Shown: in pieces, positions 30,158 to 40,201 of the stretch
How positions within the stretch are numbered: the stretch's first letter is position 1
How the letters are laid out: each line of letters starts with the position of its first letter
Source of the DNA: an uncultured bacterium
GTDB lineage: Bacteria > Chloroflexota > UBA5177 > JANWHV01
Direction: 5' to 3'
DNA length: 64,000 bases
NCBI GenBank assembly: GCA_963729625.1
Contig: CAVSOU010000007.1
Span: 608,001-672,000 of the forward strand
Notes under the pieces: model-generated
Databases searched by the model: none
What the model was told of the DNA's origin: nothing
What the model saw: only the letters and a program-made list of their open reading frames with translations
Program-made: the position numbers and the translations under genes

Positions 30158-32803
30158 CTACTGGAAGCGGCCCAGAATCCGGTCCGGATGTGTATGGCCC
30201 AACGTATCCATATGCATGACCAATAGCGCCTTGTCGATTGGGTCGCCGATGCCCAGGGCATTGACATCGGACGGCGACGGAGGCGTCTCGTTGAAATGTA
30301 TCTGGCCGGCAACACCCTGATACTTGATGCCGGCGATCGCATCGCGAAGGCTGGATCGCGTGACGGACGCCCCGACCTGCCCAATAGCCTGGCTGGTCAG
30401 CTTCACTGCGTCATAGAAGAGCGCTGCCTCGGACGGGACGCGGGCGTAGCCGTAGCCGTTCGGCTTGCCGGGAGCGCGGAAGTTCGCGGCGTAGTCGCTC
30501 TTCATCGCCTGGCTTACTTTCGCGGCGCTACTGCCACGTGGGAACAAGCTGTCCTCGTCCGGATAGAAGTAGCCGGTGAAGCGATAGCGGCCCTTGAACA
30601 CATTGCCATAAGCGATGAACTCTGCCGGGTCGTAGAAGGCGTCGTCACTCACGACGGGCGTGGTGCGATTGCCCATCGTGTCGAGCGCCTGGCCCATGCG
30701 TAGCCCGTCGCTGGCGTAGCCGGTAAAGACGATGAGGTCCGGAACCCGGTTGAGCTGCTCGAGAATCGTCTGGTACTGCTGGGGAGACGTGCCGGCCGCG
30801 GAAGCGCTCTGCACGGTGTAGTTCTCCTGCACGAGCGTGCCCTTGCCGGCCATGTCCGCGGTGAAGATCGTGGCCAGGCCATTGCTGTAGGAATCGTTCG
30901 GATCGCGGAACACCACTATTGTGGGACTTGAGCGCTTTGCGAGAAGGGTCTGAGCATAGTTGGCCAGATCCTGGCCCTGCACGGTATCGCTTGGGCATAC
31001 GCGGAAGAAGTAGGCGCTGCCGTTGAGACTGGGGTTGCTCGACGTCGGCGTGATCATCGGAATGCCCGCATCCGCCAGGTACTGGATACCGGCATTGGTG
31101 CGGCTGCTGGAGGAGTAGCCGAGGAAGGCGAGCACGTTGCTATCGGCCGCCGCCGCCTTCGCCGCTTCCACGGCGCCGCTGGCGCCGCTGGCGTCGTTCG
31201 CCAGCTCCAGCACGAGCTTATGGCCGTTGATACCGCCATTGAGATTGATCTCGTGCTGCGCGGTAAACGCTCCCTGCAGGGCGAAGCGACCGGTGGTGAT
31301 CTTGGGACCACTGAATGAGCTGCCGACGGCGATCACGTAGTAGGGCTGGCCGCTGAGGAGGATGCCGGCGTTCTCGCTATAGATCTGGCTCTCGGCATCA
31401 GTCTTATCGTTCGTATACGCCTGCTGGTAGAGCGCCTGGGCTCGGCTGAGATTGCCATCTTTCCATTGCACGGAGGCGTCACGCTTGTCCTGCGCCCATG
31501 CCTGCGCGTCCGACGCGCTGCCGATGTTGTTATTGGAGGCGGTTGGTATACGCCCGCTCGTGTCGACGTCGAACGCCACCTTCCCGGTGCTGATGGCCCC
31601 GGTTGCCGGCAGTGTCGCCTGCTGCTGCTCGTAGACCATCACGCCGCCGCCCACGCCAACAAGCGCCAGCAGAACGATCGCCACGGCGATCGCCTTGGCC
31701 CGGAAGGTCGAGAGAATTCCCTTTGGCGCCAGCAGGGCGTCGACCTCGGCCTTCATCCTAGCGGCAGACTGGTAGCGATACTTGAGATCATTCTGGAGCG
31801 CTTTTTCGACGATGTGCACCGTGACGTCGGAGACGTTCGGATTGAGTGTCTTGATCGGCGGGTACGAGAACAGCGGCTCGACTCCTTGCGGATTCCGGCC
31901 CGTGAGAAGCTGGTGCGTGGTGGCTCCCAGGGCGTAGAGATCGGAGAGGGTCGACTCTTTGCCTTCGAACTGTTCGCGCGGCGCGTAGCCGGGCGTGCCC
32001 ATGGCTGTCGAGGCCTTGTTCAGGCCTGCTCCCTTAGCGCCGACGCGGAAGTGGTGGGAAGCCACGCCGAAGTCGACGACGCGCACGCGGTTCGTGGCGT
32101 CGACCACGATATTCGCGGGCTTGATATCGCGATGAATCACCTGCGGATCGAGGTTCTCGAGATAGACAAGGACCGAGAGCACCTGCGATACCCAGCCAAG
32201 CACCTGTTTCTCGGGCAGTCCCTTCCCGCCGGCTGCATCCAGCCTCTTCTGGAGATCCTCGCCGTCGATGAACTCCTGCACGATGAAGTGATAATTGTTC
32301 TGGGTAAAGAAGTCGCTGATCGCGGGAATGTTCGGGTGGCTCATCGCCGCGAGCGTTTTCATCTCCTCCTGGAATGCCTCTTCCGCTTCGACGCGTTCGG
32401 CTTCCGTAGAGTAGTTGGGGAGCATCTGTTTGATCACGACCGGCTTATCATTCACACGCGTGTCGTGCGCGAGGAAAATGCTCCCCATGCCGCCCTTGCC
32501 GAGCGGCTTCACGATGACATAGCGTCCGCCGTCGCCCAGCGCGATACCGGCCGAGAGGGCCATGCCGGTCTTGATCGCGCCTGACGCCGCGATCTGGCCT
32601 CCGAGCGGCGCCGACGTGCCGGCGGTTGGAGCCGCGGCTGCCGGCGAGCTGCCTGTAGCGGATGGCGCCGGCGCTGCGTCGGCCGGCGTGATATGGTGCG
32701 TGGGCACCTGCAACCGTTGCGTCAGGCTAATGCCGCAGCTGTCGCAGAACTTGCTCGACGCCGGGTTGACAGCTCCGCACTGTGGGCACGTATTCGTCGC
32801 CAT
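30158..32803 (-). CDS. Hanks-type Ser/Thr kinase with zinc ribbon, TM and extracellular LivJ-type ligand-binding domain
   Basis: CPQC...CDSC; GKGGMG, HRDIKPAN, DFG, GTPGYAPRE; TM; INLNGGING, YFFRVCPSD. Confidence 0.92.
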   Translation of the reverse strand: MATNTCPQCGAVNPASSKFCDSCGISLTQRLQVPTHHITPADAAPAPSATGSSPAAAAPTAGTSAPLGGQIAASGAIKTGMALSAGIALGDGGRYVIVKPLGKGGMGSIFLAHDTRVNDKPVVIKQMLPNYSTEAERVEAEEAFQEEMKTLAAMSHPNIPAISDFFTQNNYHFIVQEFIDGEDLQKRLDAAGGKGLPEKQVLGWVSQVLSVLVYLENLDPQVIHRDIKPANIVVDATNRVRVVDFGVASHHFRVGAKGAGLNKASTAMGTPGYAPREQFEGKESTLSDLYALGATTHQLLTGRNPQGVEPLFSYPPIKTLNPNVSDVTVHIVEKALQNDLKYRYQSAARMKAEVDALLAPKGILSTFRAKAIAVAIVLLALVGVGGGVMVYEQQQATLPATGAISTGKVAFDVDTSGRIPTASNNNIGSASDAQAWAQDKRDASVQWKDGNLSRAQALYQQAYTNDKTDAESQIYSENAGILLSGQPYYVIAVGSSFSGPKITTGRFALQGAFTAQHEINLNGGINGHKLVLELANDASGASGAVEAAKAAAADSNVLAFLGYSSSSRTNAGIQYLADAGIPMITPTSSNPSLNGSAYFFRVCPSDTVQGQDLANYAQTLLAKRSSPTIVVFRDPNDSYSNGLATIFTADMAGKGTLVQENYTVQSASAAGTSPQQYQTILEQLNRVPDLIVFTGYASDGLRMGQALDTMGNRTTPVVSDDAFYDPAEFIAYGNVFKGRYRFTGYFYPDEDSLFPRGSSAAKVSQAMKSDYAANFRAPGKPNGYGYARVPSEAALFYDAVKLTSQAIGQVGASVTRSSLRDAIAGIKYQGVAGQIHFNETPPSPSDVNALGIGDPIDKALLVMHMDTLGHTHPDRILGRFQ

Positions 32804-33011
32804 GAGAGAACGCCATCCCTTCGGCGGACCGGGCGGCCGCCACGCTCACTGTCACCACGCTACTCGCCATATTACAGCGTGAACGATTGCCGAGATTCCG
32901 CCCCAACTCGCTGCCGGCGAGCCGGCAGCAAGACCGGCGTCCCGGCAAGCAAATCCGGCGTGGACGTTACCGACAATAGTAGATTGACTCCGACCTGCTG
33001 TCCAGAGCAGA

Positions 33012-33986
33012 TCACCGCTCCGTATGCAGCATGCGCGGATCGAAGGCTTCGCGCAGGCCGTCGCCGACAAAGGAAAAGCAGAGCACCATCGCCGTGAGTG
33101 CCAGGCCGGGGAAGAGCGACTCCGTCCAGCTGATGTTGAGTACCTGAATGGCGTTGCTGATCATCAGGCCGATGCTGGCGCTCGGCGGTTGCACGCCGAG
33201 GCCCAGAAGGCTGAGGGTCGCTTCGTTCACGACTTGCGACGCCATATCCAGCGTGGTCACCGTCAGCACCAGGCCGAGTACATTGGGCGCGATGTGGACG
33301 AGGACGATCCGCGCGGCGGACGATCCGCTGGCGCGGGCTGCCTCGATATAGTCGCGCTCCCGCAACGAGAGCACTTCGGCGCGCACATAGCGCGCCATGA
33401 GCGGCCAGCTAACGAGCGCCAGAGCGCCGCTGACCAGGGCCAGGCGTCCCAACCCACCGGCAGCATCGCCCACGCTCGGCCCGAACACGCCGGCAACGAG
33501 GATGGCCAGAAGCAGGCCGGGAAAGGCGAAGAGCGCGTCGGCGATGCGCGATAGCGCGAAGTCGACGGCGCCACCGTAGTAGCCTGCCGCCAGTCCGATC
33601 GGGACGCCGAGGAGCACGTCGAGGAATTCCACACCCAGGGCCACGCCCAGCGAGACGCGGAGCCCAGCCATCAGGCGCGCGAGGATATCGATACCGTCCT
33701 TGTCGGTGCCAAGCAGATGATCCGCGCCTGGCGCGACATTGGGATTGAGATTGAAGATATCCGCGGACGTCGCGCTCTGCCCGTAGACCTGCGGTCCAAT
33801 GATTGCCACCAGTACCAGCGCGATCAGCGCGCACAGCGCGGCGAGCGAGATACGATTGGCGACGAACGCCGACATGGTGCGTCGCCAGAGCGGCCGCTCG
33901 CCTCCCAGCAGCAGCCCCGCCGCGCCGCTCTTGGGATCGGGCGGCCCGGACCCCGGCACTCTGCTATCCTCGATCAAACTACCCAT
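33012..33986 (-). CDS. Peptide/nickel ABC permease (OppC-like)
   Basis: HLLGTDKDG; EAA loop YIEAARASG; HIAPN. Confidence 0.92.
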   Translation of the reverse strand: MGSLIEDSRVPGSGPPDPKSGAAGLLLGGERPLWRRTMSAFVANRISLAALCALIALVLVAIIGPQVYGQSATSADIFNLNPNVAPGADHLLGTDKDGIDILARLMAGLRVSLGVALGVEFLDVLLGVPIGLAAGYYGGAVDFALSRIADALFAFPGLLLAILVAGVFGPSVGDAAGGLGRLALVSGALALVSWPLMARYVRAEVLSLRERDYIEAARASGSSAARIVLVHIAPNVLGLVLTVTTLDMASQVVNEATLSLLGLGVQPPSASIGLMISNAIQVLNISWTESLFPGLALTAMVLCFSFVGDGLREAFDPRMLHTER

Positions 33987-34021
33987 AGCACCTGACGGCG
34001 GATCGAGCCGACTATACACAA

Positions 34022-34957
34022 CTACTCCGTGATCCGCGGATCGAGCATACGATAGAGGGTGTCGGCAAGGAGATTCATCAACACCACCACGACTGCCACG
34101 ACGATGGTCGCGCCCTCCACGACCGGATAGTCCCGCGCCTCGATGCTGTTGACGGCGGCGAAACCCACGCCGGGCAGGTTGAAGATGTTCTCCACCACAA
34201 ACGTGCCGGTGACCAGGCCCCCGATCGCCGGACCGAGGAATGTGATCACCGGCAGCAATGACGGACGAAGCGCGTGGTAATAGACCAGCCGGCGACGCGA
34301 GATGCCCTTCGCGCGTGCCGCGCGAATGAACTCCTCGCGCAGCGTGCCGATCATAGTAGTGCGCGTCAGGCGCGCCAGATACGCCGCATTGCCTGCCGCG
34401 AGCACGCCGATCGGCAGGATCGCCTGTTGAATCGTGCCCCAGTTGGCAACCGGAAGCGACGGATAGCCGTGCTGCTGCAGCCAGATGTCCACGGCCAGCA
34501 GTAAGGGGATGAGCACGAAGCTGGGCACCGAATAGAGGATCAGCACCGCGGCCATGCTCAGCCGGTCGCCTATGCGATTGTGGCGTGCCGCCGCGAAGAC
34601 GCCGACAGGCACGCCGACGGCCGTGGCAAGCAGCAGCGCCGCGATCCCGATCGTGAACGTCACCGGCAGGGCGTCCCCCAGGATGGTGGATACCGGCCGG
34701 CCGTCGTACTGGTATGAGTACCCGAAATCGCCAAAGCGGACGATACGCCATACGTAGTTGCCGTACTGCTCGAGCACCGGCTGGTCCAGGTGGTAGAAAT
34801 GAACCAGCCGGTGGTAGGTGGCAGGGTCGTACCGCAGTCCCAGGATGACCTTGATCGGATCGCCAGGCGCGGCGTGGGCGATGAGGAAGGTCATCAAGGT
34901 GACCGCGAACAGGACGAAGACCAGTCCGAACAGACGCCGGACCAGGAACGCGAGCAT
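34022..34957 (-). CDS. Peptide/nickel ABC permease (OppB-like)
   Basis: APGDP, FIRAARAKG, ENIFNLPG, RDYP, LDPRI. Confidence 0.93.
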   Translation of the reverse strand: MLAFLVRRLFGLVFVLFAVTLMTFLIAHAAPGDPIKVILGLRYDPATYHRLVHFYHLDQPVLEQYGNYVWRIVRFGDFGYSYQYDGRPVSTILGDALPVTFTIGIAALLLATAVGVPVGVFAAARHNRIGDRLSMAAVLILYSVPSFVLIPLLLAVDIWLQQHGYPSLPVANWGTIQQAILPIGVLAAGNAAYLARLTRTTMIGTLREEFIRAARAKGISRRRLVYYHALRPSLLPVITFLGPAIGGLVTGTFVVENIFNLPGVGFAAVNSIEARDYPVVEGATIVVAVVVVLMNLLADTLYRMLDPRITE

Positions 34958-34964
34958 CAGGCGT

Positions 34965-36609
34965 CTATTGGACCGTGACGTCGGCCCAATTCGGCGGGAT
35001 GATCAGCGATCCGCCGCCCAGCGCCGTGATCGCCAGTCCCTTCACTTTCGGATTGATCAGGACGTTCGATTTGCCCCAGTCGATCACGATGCAGCCCGCG
35101 TCATTCATCAGTACCTGCTCCGCCTGCTGATACTTCTGGTAGCGCGCCGAACTGTCATGCGGCATGATGTCTGCCGTTTCAGTCAGCGCATCGAATTGCT
35201 TGTTGCTGTAATAGCCGTTATTGAAGGCGACGCCGCTCTGAAACTCCAGGCTCAGGAAGTCCTGCGGATCGGGGTAGTCGGCGCCCCACTGCACGGCCGA
35301 GAGATCGAAATTGTGGTCGGTCAGGGCGTTTGTGTACGCGCCGTGCTCGAGCTGATTCAGGTGCACGGTGATACCCAGCACCTGCTTCCAGAACTCCTGC
35401 AGCGCTACGGCTTTGGTCTGGCCGTCATTGTCGCCGCCGTCCACATTCAGCGTGATGCTGGGGAAACCTTTCCCGCCCGGGTAGCCGGCCCTGGCCAGAA
35501 GCTGCCGCGCCCTGGTTGGATTGAACGTCTCGCCTACGAGCTTCATGTTGTAACCGGGCATGCCGGGCGGCAGCATCCCCGTGGCCGGCAGGAAGCGGTT
35601 GTCAAGCAACTTGACGATCGTGGCGCGGTTGACGGCATACGAGAGCGCCTGCCGCACCAGCGGATTTCCGAGCGGGCCATGATGCTCGTTGACGACGAGG
35701 AACTCGGTGAACAGTTGTGGAGTCGTGTGGAAGTCGGGCGTTCCCTGCACGTCCTTGAGGTGGTTGCCGGGGAAGTTGATCATGCCCATGATATCCAGGG
35801 CGCCGGTCTTATAGAGGTTGTACGCCGTCTCCGTGTCTTTGATAAACTCGACGACCACGCCCGCCAACTTCGGCGTGCCGCGCCAGTAGTATGGATTCGG
35901 GGCCAGATCGATCTCCTGATTGTGCTTCCACTGCTTGACGATGAATGGGCCCGTGGCCGCCGCGTGCTCCGTCCAGTTGTTTCCGTACTTCTCAACCTGG
36001 TCGCGCGGGACCAGGAAGGCGACGGAGTAGGCAAGCTCGTCGAGGAATACGGCCGCGGGCTGATCGAGCGTGATCCGCACCTTGTCGGAGCCGATCGCCA
36101 TGAGACCTTTCACCGTTTTGGCTTTTCCATTCGCCACGTCGAGACCGCCGACGACATGGCTGAGGTAGAAGCTCACGCCACCGGCAGCGTAGGCAGGACT
36201 AAAGGCACGATTTAGCGACCACACGACGTCCTGCGCCGTGACAGGCGTGCCGTCACCCCACTTCAGGCCTGGGCGAAGCGTGAACGTGTAGACCTTTCCG
36301 TCATTCGATACAGTCCACGACGATGCCGCGTCAGGCTGCACCTTCAGGTTCTGATCCAGCCGCACAAGGCTGCCGAAGAGAAGGTTCTCCACGACATCGC
36401 TCTGCGCATCCCCTGCGCGCGGCGAGGGCGGATCGATGGACGCGAGGTCGCTTTCCCCTTCGTCCGAGATGCGCAGCACGGCGCCGGCCGCCTGCGTGTT
36501 GGCAGCACCGGCCGTCGTGATACCGCCGTGTCCCACAATAGGGCTCGTTATACCCGAGCATGAGGCCGAGCGCGGCAAGAAGGCGCAGTGCATGCGGTCG
36601 CGTAGTCAT
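34965..36609 (-). CDS. Peptide ABC substrate-binding protein (family 5), apparent +1 frameshift near 36555
   Basis: SBP_bac_5 motifs (YTFTLRPGLKW.DG.PVTA.DV, TGPF, WGADYPDP); signal peptide MTTRPHALRLLAALGLML with GGAGG RBS is in another frame and rejoins if one G is removed. Confidence 0.88.
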
Positions 36610-36846
36610 CGATGATCCTCCATTCTCACGTCTGAATCCTGTCGATGTAACCAATCGGATTAGTACAACCCGCTGAGATTACTGTACCTGACACCCGATC
36701 GAAGCTGCCACATATATATGGAAATGGCAGCTTCGTGGGGACACACCAAGATCGCATCCGGCTCGGCGGCAGCAGCGCTTTCACCTGCCGGCAGCGATCC
36801 CGGCCGAGAGTTTGACCGTTCCCTGTCCACCCGATACTATGCGCGC

Positions 36847-37650
36847 ATGAGTGAGCCGGACGGTCCCGCGGAGCATGTCCTGCGCAATCGCGCCGCGTGG
36901 GATGTCATGGCGCGCGACTACGCGGCGCCGGGGCGCCGCAACTGGCAGGCAGATCCGCACTGGGGTATCTGGGGCATTCCCGAAGCGGACGCGCGGATCT
37001 TGCCCGAGGTCGCTGGGCTCGACGTGATCGAGCTGGGCTGCGGCACCGCCTACATCTCCGCTTGGCTGTCCAGGCGCGGAGCGCGCGTGACGGGCATCGA
37101 TAACTCGCCCGAACAGCTCAAGACCGCTCGCGCCCTGCAAGCCGAATTCGGGCATTCTTTCCCGCTCATCTTCGGCGACGCCGAGCATGTCCCGCTGCCC
37201 GATGCCGGCTTCGATCTGGCCATCAGCGAGTATGGCGCCAGCATCTGGTGCGACCCGTTTCGCTGGATCCCGGAAGCGGCGCGCCTGCTGCGGCCGGGTG
37301 GCCGGCTGATCTTTCTGGTCAATGGCACGATCCTCATGCTCTGTTCGCCGGATGAGGATGGCGTTCCGGCGGAGGAGCGACTGCTGCGCGACTATTTCGG
37401 CATGCATCGCTTCGAGTGGCCGGACGACGAATCGGTGGAGTTTCATCTCGGTCACGGCGATTGGATCCGGCTCCTGCGCGCAAACGACTTCGAGGTGGAG
37501 AATCTCGTCGAGCTGCAGGCGCCCGAAGGCGCCACCACCCGCTATCCCTATGTCACGCCCGAGTGGGCACGACGCTGGCCGTCCGAGGAAGTCTGGATCG
37601 CGCGCAAGCGCTTGAGGGACGATCCGGAGCGGCCGGCCACGCCAGAGTGA
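36847..37650 (+). CDS. Class I SAM-dependent methyltransferase
   Basis: VIELGCGTA, GIDNS, FDLAISEYGA, LLRPGG. Confidence 0.92.
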   Translation: MSEPDGPAEHVLRNRAAWDVMARDYAAPGRRNWQADPHWGIWGIPEADARILPEVAGLDVIELGCGTAYISAWLSRRGARVTGIDNSPEQLKTARALQAEFGHSFPLIFGDAEHVPLPDAGFDLAISEYGASIWCDPFRWIPEAARLLRPGGRLIFLVNGTILMLCSPDEDGVPAEERLLRDYFGMHRFEWPDDESVEFHLGHGDWIRLLRANDFEVENLVELQAPEGATTRYPYVTPEWARRWPSEEVWIARKRLRDDPERPATPE

Positions 37651-37816
37651 GGCGGCCGCTGCCTGGGATCGCGGCACGCATTCATTGCTCACGATGGATT
37701 CGGATTCGGTTCTCGTTACGTGGGGATGCCTGAGCGCCGAGCAGTTCGGCGTCGGCGTGGGCGAGCCGGGGCGTGAGATATAATCGGAAACGATGTTTTG
37801 AGAGGAGACTGGTTAC

Positions 37817-38392
37817 GTGGGCAAGATGATGAGGCTCTGGCTTGCGGCAGTCATGGCGATCGCGATCGCGGGATCCGCGATGCTCCCGACGGTGGCGGCG
37901 TACGGCACACAGGCGGGCAACCCCAGCGCAGTGACGGTGATCAGGCGTTATGGCGCCGCTCTCCGCGTGGCGCCGTCCAGCGATGCGCGCGTGAAGACCA
38001 TGTTGGGGTGCGGCGCTTACCTGCAGGTGATTGGAGGCAATGCCGGCTGGTACCTGGTGCGCTATGTCGACGCCGTCACTCCTTTGGAGACAGGCTGGGT
38101 AGGCAAGGCACGTGTAGGAGACAAGAACACGCCGTTGACGGTGATTTGCGCCAACGCCGTCAAATTCAATATCGGGCAGCACGTCTACACCAAGGTGGCA
38201 AGCGGCTGCCTGAGTCTGCGCGTGATAGCTTCTCGATCGGCGCTCTACCACTACTGCGTGGCGAACTACCATGACTACGTGATCGTGAATGGACCTGTCG
38301 GTGTGGGTGCCGATGACTGGTTCCAGGTAACCAGCCGATCCACCGGTACGGGGTGGGCTCTGGCGCAGTATCTCAGGCCATATAGCTCGTAG
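37817..38392 (+). CDS. Secreted protein with two bacterial SH3-like domains
   Basis: Signal peptide; LRVAPS...GWY.VRY...TGWV and LSLR...DWFQV...GTGW; GAGGAG RBS. Confidence 0.75.
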   Translation: MGKMMRLWLAAVMAIAIAGSAMLPTVAAYGTQAGNPSAVTVIRRYGAALRVAPSSDARVKTMLGCGAYLQVIGGNAGWYLVRYVDAVTPLETGWVGKARVGDKNTPLTVICANAVKFNIGQHVYTKVASGCLSLRVIASRSALYHYCVANYHDYVIVNGPVGVGADDWFQVTSRSTGTGWALAQYLRPYSS

Positions 38393-38602
38393 GCCAGGTG
38401 GTCGGCACCTACCTTCACGGGCTCGTCGAGAACGCTGCCGCCCGTCGGGCTCTCATCGGCTGGCTTGGCGCTCGCCGCAGGCCTGCGCCTGCGGACCGGC
38501 CAGGTGCCGGCCCGGGAGCAGGAATACGATCGCCTGGCGTCGGCCGTGCGCGCGGAGCTGGACATGGCGCAGGTCTATGGCCTGCTGGAAAGAGGCGCCT
38601 GA
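38393..38602 (+). pseudogene. cobQ: C-terminal remnant of cobyric acid synthase
   Basis: VVGTYLHGLVEN...RRALIGWL, then (other frame) REQEYDRLASAVRAELDMAQVYGLL*; no N-terminal portion. Confidence 0.7.
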
Positions 38603-38698
38603 GGTCGAGCGTGTGTTGTGGTCACGATGCATGCCGCAGTGACTTGCGGGAAACAACTACAGTCTGTTCAGTTCCGGTGAGGTGAAGGAAACGACAAC

Positions 38699-39379
38699 AT
38701 GCCACAGGATAGCTTGAGCGCGCGCGACCTGCAGGTTCGGCTCGCCGTCTACCACTATATGCTCGACCATGAGCACGCGCCTGCGTGCGCCGATCTGGCC
38801 GCGGTGCTGGCAATGCCCGTAGAGGAGGCGCGGCTCTGCCTGCATCGCCTGCACGCGAATCACCTGCTCGTTCTCGAGCCCGGCACGGACACCATCCGCA
38901 TGGCCCATCCCTTCTCGGCCATCCCCACCGCCTATCCGGTGCAGACCGAAGGCAAACGGCTATGGGCCAATTGTGCCTGGGACTCGCTCGGCATCCCTGC
39001 CATGCTCAGGTGTGACTCACGCACAGATACTGCGTTCACGTTCTCAGGTGAATCGACCACCTATGCCATCGAAGCCGGAAAGCTCCATGCGCCGGATGGG
39101 GGCGTCGTGCACTTTCCTCTCCCATTTGGCCGCTGGTACGACGATCTGATCCACACGTGCGCCACCATGCTCCTGTTCCGCTCTGACGCGGTCGTAGACG
39201 ACTGGTGCGCTGCCACCGGCGAGCCTCGCGGCGAGACGGTGCCGTTGGCGCAGGTCTGGGCTCTCTCGCAGGCATGGTATGCCAATCGCATGGACCCGAC
39301 GTATCGGGGCCGGACAGCAGAGCAAGCCGTCGCCGTCTTCGAACAGGTAGGCTTGCGCTCCGCCTTCTGGCGCACGTAG
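38699..39379 (+). CDS. Organomercurial lyase (MerB)-like protein
   Basis: N-terminal wHTH; MAHPFS, WANCAWD, VHFPLP...WYDDLIHTCATMLLFRS; AAGGA RBS. Confidence 0.8.
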   Translation: MPQDSLSARDLQVRLAVYHYMLDHEHAPACADLAAVLAMPVEEARLCLHRLHANHLLVLEPGTDTIRMAHPFSAIPTAYPVQTEGKRLWANCAWDSLGIPAMLRCDSRTDTAFTFSGESTTYAIEAGKLHAPDGGVVHFPLPFGRWYDDLIHTCATMLLFRSDAVVDDWCAATGEPRGETVPLAQVWALSQAWYANRMDPTYRGRTAEQAVAVFEQVGLRSAFWRT

Positions 39380-39713
39380 CAGGCAGTCGACACCGATACA
39401 GCTATACTGGGCCCCAGTAGCAGCAAACGAACATGCCGCCAGGACCGCGCACAGGCAGCTGTAGTTGGTGCCGGAGGGTCAGTTGTCGTTGCCAGAGCTA
39501 CAGCCGCGACCCAGGCCGATGGTCAGTCTGCCCCTCGCGGGAAACACGCACACGGGGCCATCCTTGGACAGCACAGTGCCCAGCTCTTGTTCATAGAGTT
39601 CTATCGCCAAGCTCCTTTCGGCTCGCACGCGAGGCACCCGGCGGGCTGTGCCCGGGGGACCTAATGTTGGGATCATCGCTAATGGTGCGGTATATCTCCA
39701 ATTGCTTCCTGTA

Positions 39714-39877
39714 ATCGAAAGGCAGCCCTCGTCGATAGAGGATTGAAACCCTGGTTGTACCACGCCGAGAACGCCTGAGCCACAACGCGTCTAAAGGCAG
39801 CCCTCGTCGATAGAAGGATTGAAACCTCTTCCAGTGCTGCCTTGACGCGCGCATGGCCATCCACCGTCGAAAGGCGG
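39714..39877 (+). CRISPR. Orphan degenerate mini-CRISPR array (2 full repeats, 1 partial, 2 spacers)
   Basis: Repeats 39714-39749 ATCGAAAGGCAGCCCTCGTCGATAGAGGATTGAAAC and 39789-39825 GTCTAAAGGCAGCCCTCGTCGATAGAAGGATTGAAAC; partial GTCGAAAGGCGG at 39866; spacers 39 and 40 nt; ATTGAAAC 3' end; no cas genes in window. Confidence 0.8.
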
Positions 39878-40201
39878 TCAAGGCAAATCGAGCTGTACCC
39901 GGATTGCCCGTTCTACTGCGAGCATGTCGCGCGGGTTCAGCGTGTCGATGCGGTTGGTCAGTCGTTCCTTGGCTACCGTGCGAATCTGATCGGCTAGCGC
40001 TTTGCTGGCTGTACCACCGACCTGCACCAGGGCTTCCCAACGATGTACGGTTGCCGTATTGCTCGTTAGGGGAACGACCTGCACTCGGTCCTGCGCTCGT
40101 GTTGCGGCGTTATTGCTCACGATCACGGCGGGACGACGCTTCTCGATTTCGCCGCCTCGTGCAGGGTCGAAGTCAACCCAGTAGACGTCGCCGCGGCGCA
40201 T
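39878..40201 (-). CDS. PemK/MazF-family endoribonuclease toxin
   Basis: MRRGDVYWVDFDP..GGEI.K.RPAVIVSN, VVPLTS, DQIRTV.K.RL. Confidence 0.95.
   Translation of the reverse strand: MRRGDVYWVDFDPARGGEIEKRRPAVIVSNNAATRAQDRVQVVPLTSNTATVHRWEALVQVGGTASKALADQIRTVAKERLTNRIDTLNPRDMLAVERAIRVQLDLP

Noticed and set aside
33987-34751. 579-aa fused permease ORF
   Set aside because: Upstream part is off-frame overlap with the oppB-like gene
36770-36835. Cobalamin-riboswitch-like AGGGAA-GGT motif upstream of the opp operon
   Set aside because: Lacks the downstream CCC-GC-ACTGT core and B12 box
39479-39620. Minus-strand LAIELYEQELG segment resembling a glyoxalase start; also checked for a cas2 remnant
   Set aside because: Too short, no start or RBS, no further motifs; no Cas2 signature seen
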